The notes below the pieces were generated by a model. The model saw only the letters and a list, made by a program, of their open reading frames with translations, made no database searches and was not told where the DNA came from. Of a DNA stretch of 64,000 nt, positions 11,801 to 20,788 are shown piece after piece (positions within the stretch are counted from its first letter, which is position 1; each line of letters opens with the position of its first letter). The stretch is from IMG/VR virus record IMGVR_UViG_3300020349_000009; one strand, 5' to 3'. Source of the stretch: an uncultured virus (IMG/VR IMGVR_UViG_3300020349_000009). Taxonomy: Duplodnaviria > Heunggongvirae > Uroviricota > Caudoviricetes. The position numbers and the translations under genes are program-made.

Positions 11801-11869
11801 ACGGAGCGATGGGGGTTGTTGCGATATACCATTAATCAGATTGGGAATGCTTTTAGAAACTAGAGCCAT
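8864..11869 (-). CDS. Tail tubular protein B / nozzle, T7 gp12-like (module A)
   Basis: SIPNLINGISQQP..LR, TMPHTL, AGDDDTNPFPSF, FHRNRLGFLS, QSSWSKW motifs. Confidence 0.92.
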   Translation of the reverse strand: MALVSKSIPNLINGISQQPPSLRLGTQGEVQENGLSDVVDGLKKRPHTKFLRKLNTGSPTSSTYLTATELSTAHIHTYKRSAAEQFTVILVPATPKLYVYDIEGRLRYESGVRSWSATGSQLATNSDAAILSAYFGTSLNSQQVTATSVADYTFYVNKEKVVARDETSPDNVRPHEGMFYLKSTDYDKVYDARLLNTSDVQLDRGFWITKDGSEASEKDSLRTGSIIATLSGLAASGGAASSSGSMTFPSANGHIRYAGSGLPFFTISHSTTDFKLQATDDNGGNSLFSHKDTVATFTTLPKYCQENFTIQVIGDNQKKEDNFYVKYSGSNTAGSWTECPAPSRPNASQYHSFTASTMPHTLIQNGDESFSFTTGTWDERKAGDDDTNPFPSFVGGKINDVFFHRNRLGFLSDENVIFSEANGYFNLFRTTVRSLLDSAPIDVAVSQNEVSILKAAIPFQEQLLLFSELNQFTLSADQLLTPAEVSIDTSTSFECDLTANPVGAGNSVFFGTKAGSFAGVREYYTDNDTEIKDATLVTQHVPYYLEGNIRRMIASTNEDMLICLTSSVKSEAYIYKYYDSSSERLQSSWSKWTFDTDIVDMSFNNSDLYITFSDGRFEKMDLSQQAPEISFVVTNDIKADLTPTAAINTTYTSTGFTYILKGFVSQERAVDYSGFSPDISSGFGTINNAAITSCFLFKETNTSVTPNTSTYALFGTIDRTKLGINKIEDYPTSVTLEGTTLTLDATYNQSSLDSLSNSQLLTISATITETQFNALLNNTSAPTEITLNRVSTTFTKKDYPVHLDHQVKLQASASAAASFTTSDLNTAYTASSVTQFIDHKGDLIATGNSDAAKAKVVAVIHNKEHTENGATVGSYVYAGEPFTFKYQLSEQVFKPAQGDTTDIARFQLRNINFKYNDTGTFDVTTVSTGRTPKVTNFTGRITGQANNLLGYAAVVDDGSFKVGVQSQAKETAITITNSSHLPSTFQSAEWEGFIHSRNTRI

Positions 11870-12476
11870 TGCTTATCACCTTTGTCCCGATGTGACGGTC
11901 TAAGATACTTGCAGTACCGTAGTCATCGAATATATTGTAGTCGCCATTGTCTCCTTCCATCTCTCGGAGGGCGTACAAGGCTTCTTGTTCATCTGTTCTG
12001 TTCATAGAAGATAATGTATCACTACCCACGACTCGCTCTTGAAAGATGCGAGCTGCTTTTACAGCTATGTAGCGTCTTGCCACTTCTGGGCATAGTTCAA
12101 AATCTAAAAGAACAACAACGTCTAGCTTAAGTGTCTTGGCAATGTTGTATGTGTGGTTAACTTTATCATACATCTTGTTACCACGTTGGACGTATTCATT
12201 TGTTGAGCTTCTATACTTAGTCTCACTTTGCGCTAAGTCAGCTCGTATCACTTCTGTAGGAAGGATAATATCACCACTGGAATCAGCAGCGATAGAGTAA
12301 TCAGGTTCAGAGTTAAAGTTCCAGCCATGTGCTTGAACACTCCGTGAAACTTCATTGAGTATTGTTTCAGCAGTCTCAGCATCTACTAAACCTGAACTCA
12401 GATTGTTTACTGGTGCTTCACCAATAGTAGAGAGCATAGAGTTTACTGCTTCTAATCTTGTTGTAGGAGTTGTCAT
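11853..12476 (-). CDS. Tail tubular protein A / adaptor, T7 gp11-like (module A)
   Basis: LEAVNSMLSTIGEAPV, GWNFN, YIAVKAARIFQ; start taken at ATG 12476 with GAGGT RBS. Confidence 0.92.
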   Translation of the reverse strand: MTTPTTRLEAVNSMLSTIGEAPVNNLSSGLVDAETAETILNEVSRSVQAHGWNFNSEPDYSIAADSSGDIILPTEVIRADLAQSETKYRSSTNEYVQRGNKMYDKVNHTYNIAKTLKLDVVVLLDFELCPEVARRYIAVKAARIFQERVVGSDTLSSMNRTDEQEALYALREMEGDNGDYNIFDDYGTASILDRHIGTKVISNGSSF

Positions 12477-12488
12477 GTTTACCTCAAT

Positions 12489-12528
12489 GAAAAAATAAAG
12501 AGAGAAGCACCCCCGAAGGGATGCTCTC
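12489..12528 (-). terminator. Intrinsic terminator after major capsid gene A (position equivalent to T7 Tphi)
   Basis: GAGAGCATCCC-TTCG-GGGGTGCTTCTCTC followed by TTTATTTTTT on the minus strand. Confidence 0.8.
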
Positions 12529-12541
12529 ATTAAAACAATTA

Positions 12542-13591
12542 TTACGTACCAGACGCAACTAATTGGATACAGCCTTTGCCACGTAGTTTGTTGTGACCCA
12601 TGGCATATTTAGCTACCATTAAAGTACCTTGTCGATCAATCTGGTACTCAGACTCAACACCTAGATCAAGCAACTTAACAGTCGCAGCACAATCTTTAGT
12701 AAAGATCATACCGTGAAGTCCTGTGTAGTTACCTTTGTACTCACCATAACCACCTGAAGCTGCTGTTGGAGTAGCAGAGGTTGATGACTCGTCAGTGTTA
12801 GGGATGTGGTTAGACATTAACACTTTAACACCACCGATAGTAGGAGCTTGGCCTAAAGCGTTGCTACCGTTACCACCGAAATCACGATCCATGATTGTAG
12901 ATGAAGCGTTATTGAATAGCTCATAGTAAGCTTGAGGAGAAACTACTAAGAATTTCTCACCAGTTACGTCATTCTTGTCAAACAACTCTAAAGCTTTAAA
13001 GACAGAATCTACAAGCTGTGCAGAATTAAAGACGTTTACAGTGCCGCTTGCACCGTTCATGTCAATAACACCACCAGTAGAAGCGCCACCAAAACCTGTA
13101 AAGTCTCCATCAGCCCAACTTCCAGCTTGATCACCACCAGTAGGTTGAGTGAATACAGCAGAGTCAGCGATGACTTTAGCAATGTTTTTGTCAGCAGCGT
13201 TAGCTAGAGCGTTACCCATTTCTTTACTGTAAATAGAGCGTACATCGTAGTGGTTCATTGCTTCATCAATTTTAGGGATGAAGGTAGCACTTACGAGTAA
13301 GTCATCTACAGTTACAATGGTTTCACCGTGATCAACAGAGTCACCAAGAATGGTTTGACCTGCTGTGTGGTAAGCTGCACTCACTGTTCCGATGCTTGGG
13401 AACTGAGCTGATTTACCGCTAGAGATTGTGCGTACTCTATGCAAAGGCATAAAGACGTTCTTTTCTTCAAATGAAGTTAAAACCTCACCTGCGAATTGTT
13501 TGAGAAATAATTCTCGATTGGTTGTTCCACCTTTTTGTAGACCTAACCGTGATACCTGAGTTGTATCAGTTGTACTTCCGTTCCATACCAT
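12542..13591 (-). CDS. Major capsid protein, T7 gp10-like (module A)
   Basis: LFLKQFAGEVLTSF, RTISSGKSAQFP, HYDVRSIYSKEMGNALA, QGTLMVAKYAMGH motifs. Confidence 0.95.
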   Translation of the reverse strand: MVWNGSTTDTTQVSRLGLQKGGTTNRELFLKQFAGEVLTSFEEKNVFMPLHRVRTISSGKSAQFPSIGTVSAAYHTAGQTILGDSVDHGETIVTVDDLLVSATFIPKIDEAMNHYDVRSIYSKEMGNALANAADKNIAKVIADSAVFTQPTGGDQAGSWADGDFTGFGGASTGGVIDMNGASGTVNVFNSAQLVDSVFKALELFDKNDVTGEKFLVVSPQAYYELFNNASSTIMDRDFGGNGSNALGQAPTIGGVKVLMSNHIPNTDESSTSATPTAASGGYGEYKGNYTGLHGMIFTKDCAATVKLLDLGVESEYQIDRQGTLMVAKYAMGHNKLRGKGCIQLVASGT

Positions 13592-13728
13592 GATGTTTTA
13601 CCTTTTAGTTAAATGTTTAAATGAATGAATTCTACTCAGCCACTTAACACCTATTCGTTCTCTAGGATTATCCTCCGCAGAGGGTCAAAGGTAATTGTAA
13701 TCTGTGTTGTCGTTTCTTTTGGAATTTT

Positions 13729-13749
13729 AAAAAGCTCCCCGAAGGGAGC
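13729..13749 (-). terminator. Hairpin with cUUCGg loop and short U tract between scaffold and capsid genes
   Basis: GCTCCC-TTCG-GGGAGC-TTTTT on the minus strand. Confidence 0.6.
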
Positions 13750-13757
13750 AAAAGAGA

Positions 13758-14543
13758 CTATAGTTGGCTTCGTCCAAGTTTGGACTGCACCTGTTGACGG
13801 TACGCTGGATCACTTTCGTATCGGGAATCCTTCATAGCTGCGGTCACTTCTGACCACGAACCAAAATTACCGCCTGTTGAGGTAGTAGATTGTCCACCAA
13901 TTAATGATGGGTCTGCACCTTCAGCAGCTTGATACTGATTACGTAACCCTGATACGGCCAACTTCACCATATCTAAGTCTCCTGATTCTACAGCTCGATC
14001 ATACGCAGCAGTCTCTTGTGGAGATAAATTATCTGCTGCCCACGAAATCATTTGGCTGTAGGATTCTTGCCCACCTACGCTGTCGTAGATAGACTGTTGG
14101 TAATTGTTGGCGAGAGCTTCTTGCCCTGCGATCCAACTCTTAACCAAATCGTTTGAGAACCCTTTTTCTTCTAAAGCTGCCATAGCCTCTTCAGAGAGTT
14201 CTCCGTTTTCGTTATATTCCTGTTGAAAAGAATCAAAATCTAAACCTGCATTGTCTAAAGCTTGGGCTACATCGCTTGCGTTTTGCGGGTTTTGCTCAGA
14301 GTCTGTTTGCTCTTCTTCTTGAGCTGCCTCTTCTTTAGCACCCTGACCTAGTTTTTGCTCCAAGTTTGTATAAGCTTCAGCCATATCTTCAGGTGACTTA
14401 AACTTATCGGGAAGCCAATCAGGACGCTCTGGTGTTTCGGGGTTATTATTAGATTCTAATTGTTCGCCCTTAGCAACCATTTCATCTATATATGCTTGGT
14501 TTTCTGTTTGATCTTCTACTGTGTTAATACTTTGTTCACTCAT
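13758..14543 (-). CDS. Capsid scaffolding protein, T7 gp9-like (module A)
   Basis: ERPDWLPDKFKS.EDMA.AY..LE.KLG; C-terminal AMKDSRY..DPAYR..V..KL; acidic; start at ATG 14543. Confidence 0.9.
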   Translation of the reverse strand: MSEQSINTVEDQTENQAYIDEMVAKGEQLESNNNPETPERPDWLPDKFKSPEDMAEAYTNLEQKLGQGAKEEAAQEEEQTDSEQNPQNASDVAQALDNAGLDFDSFQQEYNENGELSEEAMAALEEKGFSNDLVKSWIAGQEALANNYQQSIYDSVGGQESYSQMISWAADNLSPQETAAYDRAVESGDLDMVKLAVSGLRNQYQAAEGADPSLIGGQSTTSTGGNFGSWSEVTAAMKDSRYESDPAYRQQVQSKLGRSQL

Positions 14544-14576
14544 ACTATAATCTCTCAATTAAAATTAATTTTGTTT

Positions 14577-16133
14577 TTATTCTTCTAATTGTTGTTGTTG
14601 AGCTGCATCTGCCATTCCTTTAACAGCAGGAGCTACGCCCTTCTCGGCCATCTGCATCATCATCTGCTGTTGTTGAGCTTGCTGTGCGGCCTCAGCCTCA
14701 GCTTGCTTTTGTTCAGGAGATTTGACTAAGCCTTGAGTGTCTATACCCAATGACGCACCTAGACGATCTAAGTAATCATCTATGTTAAGCTCTTGTGCAA
14801 TCACTTCCTGACCTAAAGGTTGTAAGTATTGCAAGAATGCTTGTAGTTTATTTAAGTCCTGACCTCGGCCAAGAGCTTCTAAACCAGTTACAATTTGTGG
14901 CTTTAATGTGTCTTTGGGGAACTTAGGCATCTTACCTTCTTTCTGCATCTTCGCAAGGAGCAGGTTAACGAGAGGTACTTGGAATTCTTGAGACAACACA
15001 GAGTAGATACCACCAAGTGCTGTTTCTAATTCTTGTGCCATGTAGCGGACTTCTTCGGCTGTAACTCGTTCGGCATTACGCTGAACAGAACTATTTAATA
15101 GAAAAGCAAAGGAAAGTCTTTCAGTTATACTGTTCATTGTTTCTTGCGCTACTCTAAAGTCATTAAACTTATTTGCTTGTAGAGTCGTAACATCATTAGC
15201 ATCACCAGAGATGATCCCACCATTAGGACTATCGGCAATAGAGCGTATTTTAGTTGAACCGTTTGGCCTAACCATAAATAAAAGTTTGGCACTTGCTGCG
15301 CTTCCTTCTACTATAGCTCTTGTTAAAGCCTCTAGCGATTTAATGTCACCTACGTATTCCTCAACATAAGACCTTCCATAATCTTCACCGTCTATAGAAA
15401 TAAAACGAAGAGCCATCCACGGTAATTTATCCTCTGGGTAACTTCCATCAGATTTAGGAATTGTAATTCCTTTAACTTCTTGATGCACCCTGAACTTCTT
15501 ACCTTCTCTACGAATACACGTATACAAGTCACATTCTTTTTTGTTTACACTTTGCTGGTATTCGGGATTTTCAAGTAAAGCTTCTTGCACAATAAGAGGA
15601 AGAGCATCGTATGCTATAGTTTCTTTAACAACAATCTTCAACACATTACCCATCGTATCACGTTGGACAACGTAACGGTCTAGGCGGAAAACTTTCATGC
15701 CACCTTTAGGTGCTAGGTGTACAAGTGCATTACCAGAAACGATTAACTGTTTTAGAGCTTCGAATGTTGGTACACGTATAGCCTTAGCTTCAATAACTTG
15801 AGCAGCCGATCTTTCGATACGTGCTAGAGCCTCTTCTGCCTTACCTCTTGCATCTCCACCGAGTTCCAGTAAATCAAAATCATCAATAGTTAAACGGAAG
15901 AAAGGACTGTTTGGAGGTAGGAGTGTCATTAACAATTTAGAGGCAAGGTTATTTACCCCTCTTGCACCTACAGACTGATATGGTGTGTTATATTTGCTTG
16001 TCCCTGTGTGTCCTTCAGGAGGCATAAGCGTTGGGATAGTTAATTCAGCACAAGACCTAGCTCTTGATAAGAACGCATCACGCTCTGCCGCCATGTTCTC
16101 GTAGGATTTGGCTACGCCTTGATCGTTATTCAT
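14577..16133 (-). CDS. Portal (head-tail connector), T7 gp8-like (module A)
   Basis: QSVGARGVNNLASKL...LLPPNSPFFRL, GEDYGRS, AERVTAEEVR, TGLEALGRGQD. Confidence 0.95.
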   Translation of the reverse strand: MNNDQGVAKSYENMAAERDAFLSRARSCAELTIPTLMPPEGHTGTSKYNTPYQSVGARGVNNLASKLLMTLLPPNSPFFRLTIDDFDLLELGGDARGKAEEALARIERSAAQVIEAKAIRVPTFEALKQLIVSGNALVHLAPKGGMKVFRLDRYVVQRDTMGNVLKIVVKETIAYDALPLIVQEALLENPEYQQSVNKKECDLYTCIRREGKKFRVHQEVKGITIPKSDGSYPEDKLPWMALRFISIDGEDYGRSYVEEYVGDIKSLEALTRAIVEGSAASAKLLFMVRPNGSTKIRSIADSPNGGIISGDANDVTTLQANKFNDFRVAQETMNSITERLSFAFLLNSSVQRNAERVTAEEVRYMAQELETALGGIYSVLSQEFQVPLVNLLLAKMQKEGKMPKFPKDTLKPQIVTGLEALGRGQDLNKLQAFLQYLQPLGQEVIAQELNIDDYLDRLGASLGIDTQGLVKSPEQKQAEAEAAQQAQQQQMMMQMAEKGVAPAVKGMADAAQQQQLEE

Positions 16134-16143
16134 AGGTTAATCC

Positions 16144-16350
16144 TTATTTATTAATCGTTAAGCCTGAACCTTGTGACGAAGATGCCACTTGCATACCTGC
16201 ACCTCTTCGTAGTTTTCTCTTGCCTAAACGCTTCTTCTTCATCTGTGTAGCATTAGAGTCTACAGCGTTCTCGATTTCATCAGGGGCTGGGTTAGGAGCT
16301 GGTGGTGGGGCTGGCGGTTTAGGGGCTTTAGGTGTACTTGGTAAACACAT
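16144..16350 (-). CDS. Small Pro/Lys-rich virion protein preceding the portal (T7 gp6.7/gp7.3-like position)
   Basis: MC start, proline run, basic patch, GSGLTI end; synteny. Confidence 0.6.
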   Translation of the reverse strand: MCLPSTPKAPKPPAPPPAPNPAPDEIENAVDSNATQMKKKRLGKRKLRRGAGMQVASSSQGSGLTINK

Positions 16351-16352
16351 AG

Positions 16353-16529
16353 TTAAATCTCATCTGGGTTGTCGTCATCGTAGATAAACAACATTCTTTC
16401 GATGACTGATTGTTGACCTTGAAGAAAAGCAATGTCTTCAGGCGTGGTATCCCTATTACGTGGTAGTTGATTAGGGAACAGTTGTTTAAAATGTTCAATT
16501 AATTCTTTAGTAATATTTAATTTTCTCAT
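16353..16529 (-). CDS. 58-aa protein at the T7 gp6.5-like position (MRKLNITKEL...AFLQGQQSVIERM...)
   Basis: Translated by hand, below the ORF-track cutoff; fills the gap before the structural operon. Confidence 0.6.
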   Translation of the reverse strand: MRKLNITKELIEHFKQLFPNQLPRNRDTTPEDIAFLQGQQSVIERMLFIYDDDNPDEI

Positions 16530-16659
16530 CTTTTTGTTTCTCTAATGTGTAACCTTTTACTGAAAGTAAGTAATTCAAGGGCTTAAGGGGAAGTGTAACC
16601 ATGTGTTTGCGATGATATGGAGGCAGGTTATCACCTCCAATACCACTATCGCTTTAGTC

Positions 16660-18570
16660 TTAGATTTCACACTGACCAGCTACACAAGCTAACTCCTGTG
16701 TCCCTGTCGTGGTGTCTTCTTTCTCAAACTCACCTAGTCTATCCCACTCAATCTCTGAGGGCATATCTAACTTGAGCTTCTTGTACGTTTCTTCATCAAT
16801 AGCCTCGTAAGGGGCTTGCTGATAGACATGATCAGTGCGGGGTAGGAAGCTAATACCTGAGCAGCTATCCAGCCTGTCCCATAACCATTGACCTGCTGCT
16901 AGGAACTCAGCATCAGAATAGTAAATAGTTACACTCGGCTTATGCTCACACCAGTTGTCCTGATAGACTTCCCACAGATCAAGCTGTGTCTGTACGTTCA
17001 GCTCGTCTACACTGACAGCACCGTCAGGAGCTTTGATGGGGAACGAGAACACATAGTTCTCATTGTTCATCACATCTTTCTCCCAAGGTACTCCAGCATT
17101 CTTAAGAAACGCTGAGATAGGATCTTTCCCGTCCGAGCGTACTCGTCTGATGTAGTACGGAGAGAACCTAGCGTGTATGCCTGATGCACTGTCTACTAAC
17201 TGACTGACCGTACCTGATGGTTTCACACAAGTAATAGCTGTTGATTGGTTAAGACCTAGCTCGTTAGCCCATCGTTTGTTAGTGTCGATAGCTACCTGCT
17301 TTAGCCTCAGCAATACGTCACTAAGGATAGGCTGATTAGGGTGATCAAACCATGTACCGCTTGTCTGCTTCCCTGAGAGTACCGAGTGATCCATGATGCC
17401 TGTCATGCTAACACCAAGTAGACACTCCTCTTGTGTGTTCTTCTTCCAGACAGAGCGTACGTAGCGGAAGTCAGTTAAGGATGACTGTAGTGTTCCTAGT
17501 ATGGTAGCAATCTCAACCTTGCGTTTTAAATCATCAAAACTATCTGTTGCTCGTACTACCACCTCGGAAAGATTACATACCTGAGCAGACCTTAAGATTA
17601 TCTCAGAGCAAGGGTTTGTACCGAACGCATGATCTACGTCTCTTCGTCCACTCTTCTCTGCTTGTTTCTTTGCAGCACTCCTAGAGAAGATACCACGCTC
17701 ACCAGCTTTCGACTTATAGAGAGCAGTCCACTCCTCCAAGAAGGTTTCAAAGTCTGGCTTGTCTGTGTAGACAGCACTGTTATTAGCAAGCGCACGTTGT
17801 GTATCAGTCTCCCACCAATTACCAGACTTAGCATGACGCATCCGATCATCGCTAAGGTTAGACAAACTAATAAGCGCACTCCTGCGGACACCACCCACCA
17901 CCACAATCTCTGCAATTTTGCATACAATGTCATGGCACTCTAAGCTTGTGAGCTTCCGACCAGCAGCATTCCTAAAAGTATTGACAGTGAAATGAAACAA
18001 AGCAACGAGAGGATCAGGGCCACTGCTCCGCCCTCCGAAAGTTCGTAGCCTGTCGCCTTTTTTACGGAGGCGGCTAACATCCCAAGTAGGTATTTGACCC
18101 GAATACAAAAGGCTAACCAGCTCACGGAAAGCTTTAGCCCAACCAATTTTAGAGTCTTGCACAACGACTGTAGTATCTGTTTCATGAAATTCCTCCGCCA
18201 CTTCTGGCAATTTATTTACTGATTGACGTTCGACAGAGAAGCCTACTCCTGTGCCGCACATAAGAACATATAATATCTCATCAAAAACTCTGATGTGATC
18301 TACTGCTACATAAGAACAATTGAATCCTGCCATGTTGTCTCGGTCAAGGGCTTCGCCTGCTGTCATGAGGCAACGCATTGAAGGCATTACTTCTAAGTTA
18401 TAGATAGCATGATACAACAAGTCTGCTGTTTTTTGATCTATTTGATCCCTGTCTTGCCAAAAGTCTACATATCTTTGCACTGTTTCTTCCCAAGTCTCTC
18501 GCCTATTATCTTCTTCACGCCAGCGAGCATAACGTGATTTGTGTATGTACTGCTGATAACTATCCATCAT
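16660..18570 (-). CDS. nrdJ: Class II (adenosylcobalamin-dependent) ribonucleotide reductase
   Basis: PSMR, FNC, VVVGGVRRSALISL, TNPCSEI, CNLSE, KPSGTVS and C-terminal CVAGQCEI; no beta-subunit gene nearby. Confidence 0.92.
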   Translation of the reverse strand: MMDSYQQYIHKSRYARWREEDNRRETWEETVQRYVDFWQDRDQIDQKTADLLYHAIYNLEVMPSMRCLMTAGEALDRDNMAGFNCSYVAVDHIRVFDEILYVLMCGTGVGFSVERQSVNKLPEVAEEFHETDTTVVVQDSKIGWAKAFRELVSLLYSGQIPTWDVSRLRKKGDRLRTFGGRSSGPDPLVALFHFTVNTFRNAAGRKLTSLECHDIVCKIAEIVVVGGVRRSALISLSNLSDDRMRHAKSGNWWETDTQRALANNSAVYTDKPDFETFLEEWTALYKSKAGERGIFSRSAAKKQAEKSGRRDVDHAFGTNPCSEIILRSAQVCNLSEVVVRATDSFDDLKRKVEIATILGTLQSSLTDFRYVRSVWKKNTQEECLLGVSMTGIMDHSVLSGKQTSGTWFDHPNQPILSDVLLRLKQVAIDTNKRWANELGLNQSTAITCVKPSGTVSQLVDSASGIHARFSPYYIRRVRSDGKDPISAFLKNAGVPWEKDVMNNENYVFSFPIKAPDGAVSVDELNVQTQLDLWEVYQDNWCEHKPSVTIYYSDAEFLAAGQWLWDRLDSCSGISFLPRTDHVYQQAPYEAIDEETYKKLKLDMPSEIEWDRLGEFEKEDTTTGTQELACVAGQCEI

Positions 18571-18710
18571 TCTAATATTTCCTTTTCTATTTGTGATTTA
18601 ATGTTTTTGTTTTCTTTGCGTCTAACACTTTTAAGTTTGGTAGATGTCTGAACTTTGTTGTATTTCTTTTTCCTATCAAACCTATCTCGTCTTTCATCTT
18701 TCCTATCCAT
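18567..18710 (-). CDS. 47-aa basic hypothetical protein (MDRKDERRDRFDRKKK...)
   Basis: Hand translation; overlaps both neighbours in coupled start/stop fashion. Confidence 0.5.
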   Translation of the reverse strand: MDRKDERRDRFDRKKKYNKVQTSTKLKSVRRKENKNIKSQIEKEILE

Positions 18711-19023
18711 ATCCCTTCTCGTTTAGTTCTATAAGTTTATTCAAATACCAGATAGCTTTTCGAGCATCCTCAACTGGCTTGTGCTTTTCAAAAAGTCTAC
18801 TGCCTGTGTATTTAAGAATGTTACCATGACAGTAGTCAATAGCTCCCTGTCTGCCAAGCACATCTATAATGTAGTCGATGGTTTCTATTTCTCCAGCATT
18901 GTAATGTGGAGGATGATCAACGGCATCTCTAATTGCTTTAGATGCTCTGTCCCAATCAGCAGGACTAGCATCGTCTATACTTGACATATTATCTCCATCG
19001 TAAGCGTTAAGTTTCATCGTCAA
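18703..19023 (-). CDS. DUF3310 / T7 gp1.7-like putative nucleotide kinase
   Basis: VDHPPHY..G.IETIDYI, GNILKY, EDARKAIWYL. Confidence 0.8.
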   Translation of the reverse strand: MTMKLNAYDGDNMSSIDDASPADWDRASKAIRDAVDHPPHYNAGEIETIDYIIDVLGRQGAIDYCHGNILKYTGSRLFEKHKPVEDARKAIWYLNKLIELNEKGYG

Positions 19024-19480
19024 AAGTCTCTCTCTTTAGTGGGTTAATCCAAGAATCAGGAATAGAATCTTCACTGAACCATTTAAAATCATTTGCTGTA
19101 GCCCATTCGCCATGCGATCTTTTAGTCCCATCTTTTCTCCGCTTTGCGGCTGGCATTGGTGCGTTGGGGTTTGCAAACAAGAACACAAGCTCAGTGTCAG
19201 GTGGCAATACTTTAGCTACCCAAATGTATTTACTGTATTCTGCATAGTCCCAGAATCTTCCTTTAGCTTCAAGCAAAATTTTCTTACCGTCAATCTCTCG
19301 TAAGAAGTCGGGTTCGTATTTGTGTTCTACAACATAGGAAACTGTGTCAGTATGGAAATCCCAATCTTCAAGTATTGTATTGTGAAGAAGACATTCCCAA
19401 TTAGAATCATAACCTTTTGGTACGTTCTTTTCAACAGGCCGTTTAGCTCTTATTTTTCTAAATCCTTTTCTTACTTTCAA
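19007..19480 (-). CDS. T7 endonuclease I-like Holliday junction resolvase
   Basis: YDSNWE, HKYEPDF, LLEAKGRF PD-(D/E)xK pattern. Confidence 0.8.
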   Translation of the reverse strand: MKVRKGFRKIRAKRPVEKNVPKGYDSNWECLLHNTILEDWDFHTDTVSYVVEHKYEPDFLREIDGKKILLEAKGRFWDYAEYSKYIWVAKVLPPDTELVFLFANPNAPMPAAKRRKDGTKRSHGEWATANDFKWFSEDSIPDSWINPLKRETFDDET

Positions 19481-19668
19481 TGAACTTCTCCATACCTTTC
19501 GGCTAGTTTAGTTTCTATTCTAATAGATAAAGAAGCCGCAAACGTATCGTCTAAGTCTTCAAACTTCCTATCTCTATCGCCAAGTAACCACAAGCCGACT
19601 GCAATCATCATAGTTTCTAAGTCTTCGTAGTTATTATAATCTAGTTGAGCTTTGTCTACAAGATCCAT
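19477..19668 (-). CDS. Hypothetical protein
   Basis: ORF coupled to both neighbours in the operon. Confidence 0.55.
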   Translation of the reverse strand: MDLVDKAQLDYNNYEDLETMMIAVGLWLLGDRDRKFEDLDDTFAASLSIRIETKLAERYGEVH

Positions 19669-19934
19669 TGTATTTTCCTATAGTCAATATCTTCTATTTT
19701 AATGTTGGGAAACTTTCTGTGGAAAGCTTTTATTTTTTTAAAAGTCCAACGCAAACTGTAAGGCTGTAATTTAAATGCGTCATTTATATAAAGATAAGTT
19801 TGGTCAGGCAACATCTCAAGGCAATTTTCTTTTGTTATTTTACTAGCCTCTTGTTCATTGACCAAACTTTTGAGCCAATCAACTAATATAATATTAGCTT
19901 GCGCTCTAAGTTGTTTAGATTTTTTACCGTTCAT
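19656..19934 (-). CDS. Hypothetical protein
   Basis: ORF with ATGA overlap to the upstream exonuclease gene. Confidence 0.6.
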   Translation of the reverse strand: MNGKKSKQLRAQANIILVDWLKSLVNEQEASKITKENCLEMLPDQTYLYINDAFKLQPYSLRWTFKKIKAFHRKFPNIKIEDIDYRKIQWIL

Positions 19935-20788
19935 AGTAGCTCCTCTACTTTAGGTTCTGCAACTACCTTTGTTAAGTATACTAGACCTTTAGAATACTTA
20001 AAGGTTCTAAGTCCTTGGCCATCGTTAGCATCCTTATGGCATTCGTATTTGTACTTGCACCACGAACAACCTTTAGGGAGTTTCATGTTGCCTTTTATAC
20101 CGTCAGCAATAGTATCATAGCATAAGTCTGGAGCAGTGTCTAGCTCTAATGCAGGAATAAGAGTATCTATTTTATCAGGGATATTCATTTTGTTTTCTTT
20201 ATCAGGCAAGTGCATACACAGCTCACCACTTTCTTTGTTCATTACAAGAAAGCCACCGTTGCTTGTGCCTTCAGCCGCTTCGTAAGCCGAGAGCTGACCA
20301 AGATAACCAAAGGGATCATCGTTTGCTAAGCCGTTGTTCTGGAACTTATTGAATGCAAACCTTGAGGCTGTCTTGACATCTACCACCTCACCGTTTATCT
20401 TACAGTCCATGTGGCCTTTGATGCCCTTGATGTCTACTTCTTTCTGTTCGTCAGTTACTGTATGGCCAGACATGCGAACAAGCATAAGAACTATTTCTTC
20501 CAGTAGATGGCCGTACAAAAACTTTAGTTGTGTTGGAGCATCAATGTCACGCTTAACGCTTTCGTCTCTTTTCTCAAACCAAAGCTGTCGTGCTGGTTTG
20601 CCAACATTAGACATCCGAATAGTGAAGTCTTTGTTGCGCTCTTCTGGCTTAGCCCAACTAAGAAGAGCTTCACGAATTCCTTCAACAGTTAAGTCAATAT
20701 CTTTTTCTGTTAGTGGTAAAGCCACACCGTCTGAAAGACTTTGAAGATGTGAATATATGTCTGGTACTACTTTAGTTAGATCACGCAT
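19931..20788 (-). CDS. PD-(D/E)xK (Cas4/RecB-like) exonuclease
   Basis: RMSNVGK, GHMD, VDVKTAS, Q...Y and CSWC..K..C motifs. Confidence 0.8.
   Translation of the reverse strand: MRDLTKVVPDIYSHLQSLSDGVALPLTEKDIDLTVEGIREALLSWAKPEERNKDFTIRMSNVGKPARQLWFEKRDESVKRDIDAPTQLKFLYGHLLEEIVLMLVRMSGHTVTDEQKEVDIKGIKGHMDCKINGEVVDVKTASRFAFNKFQNNGLANDDPFGYLGQLSAYEAAEGTSNGGFLVMNKESGELCMHLPDKENKMNIPDKIDTLIPALELDTAPDLCYDTIADGIKGNMKLPKGCSWCKYKYECHKDANDGQGLRTFKYSKGLVYLTKVVAEPKVEELL

Noticed and set aside
12477..12530. Longer start for tail tubular protein A
   Set aside because: It runs through the terminator hairpin; ATG 12476 has the RBS and the expected N-terminus
16660..18570. Compositional break inside nrdJ marking a chimera point
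   Set aside because: The 3' part looks slightly richer in AAG/GAG codons by eye, but similar variation occurs elsewhere; it needs computation
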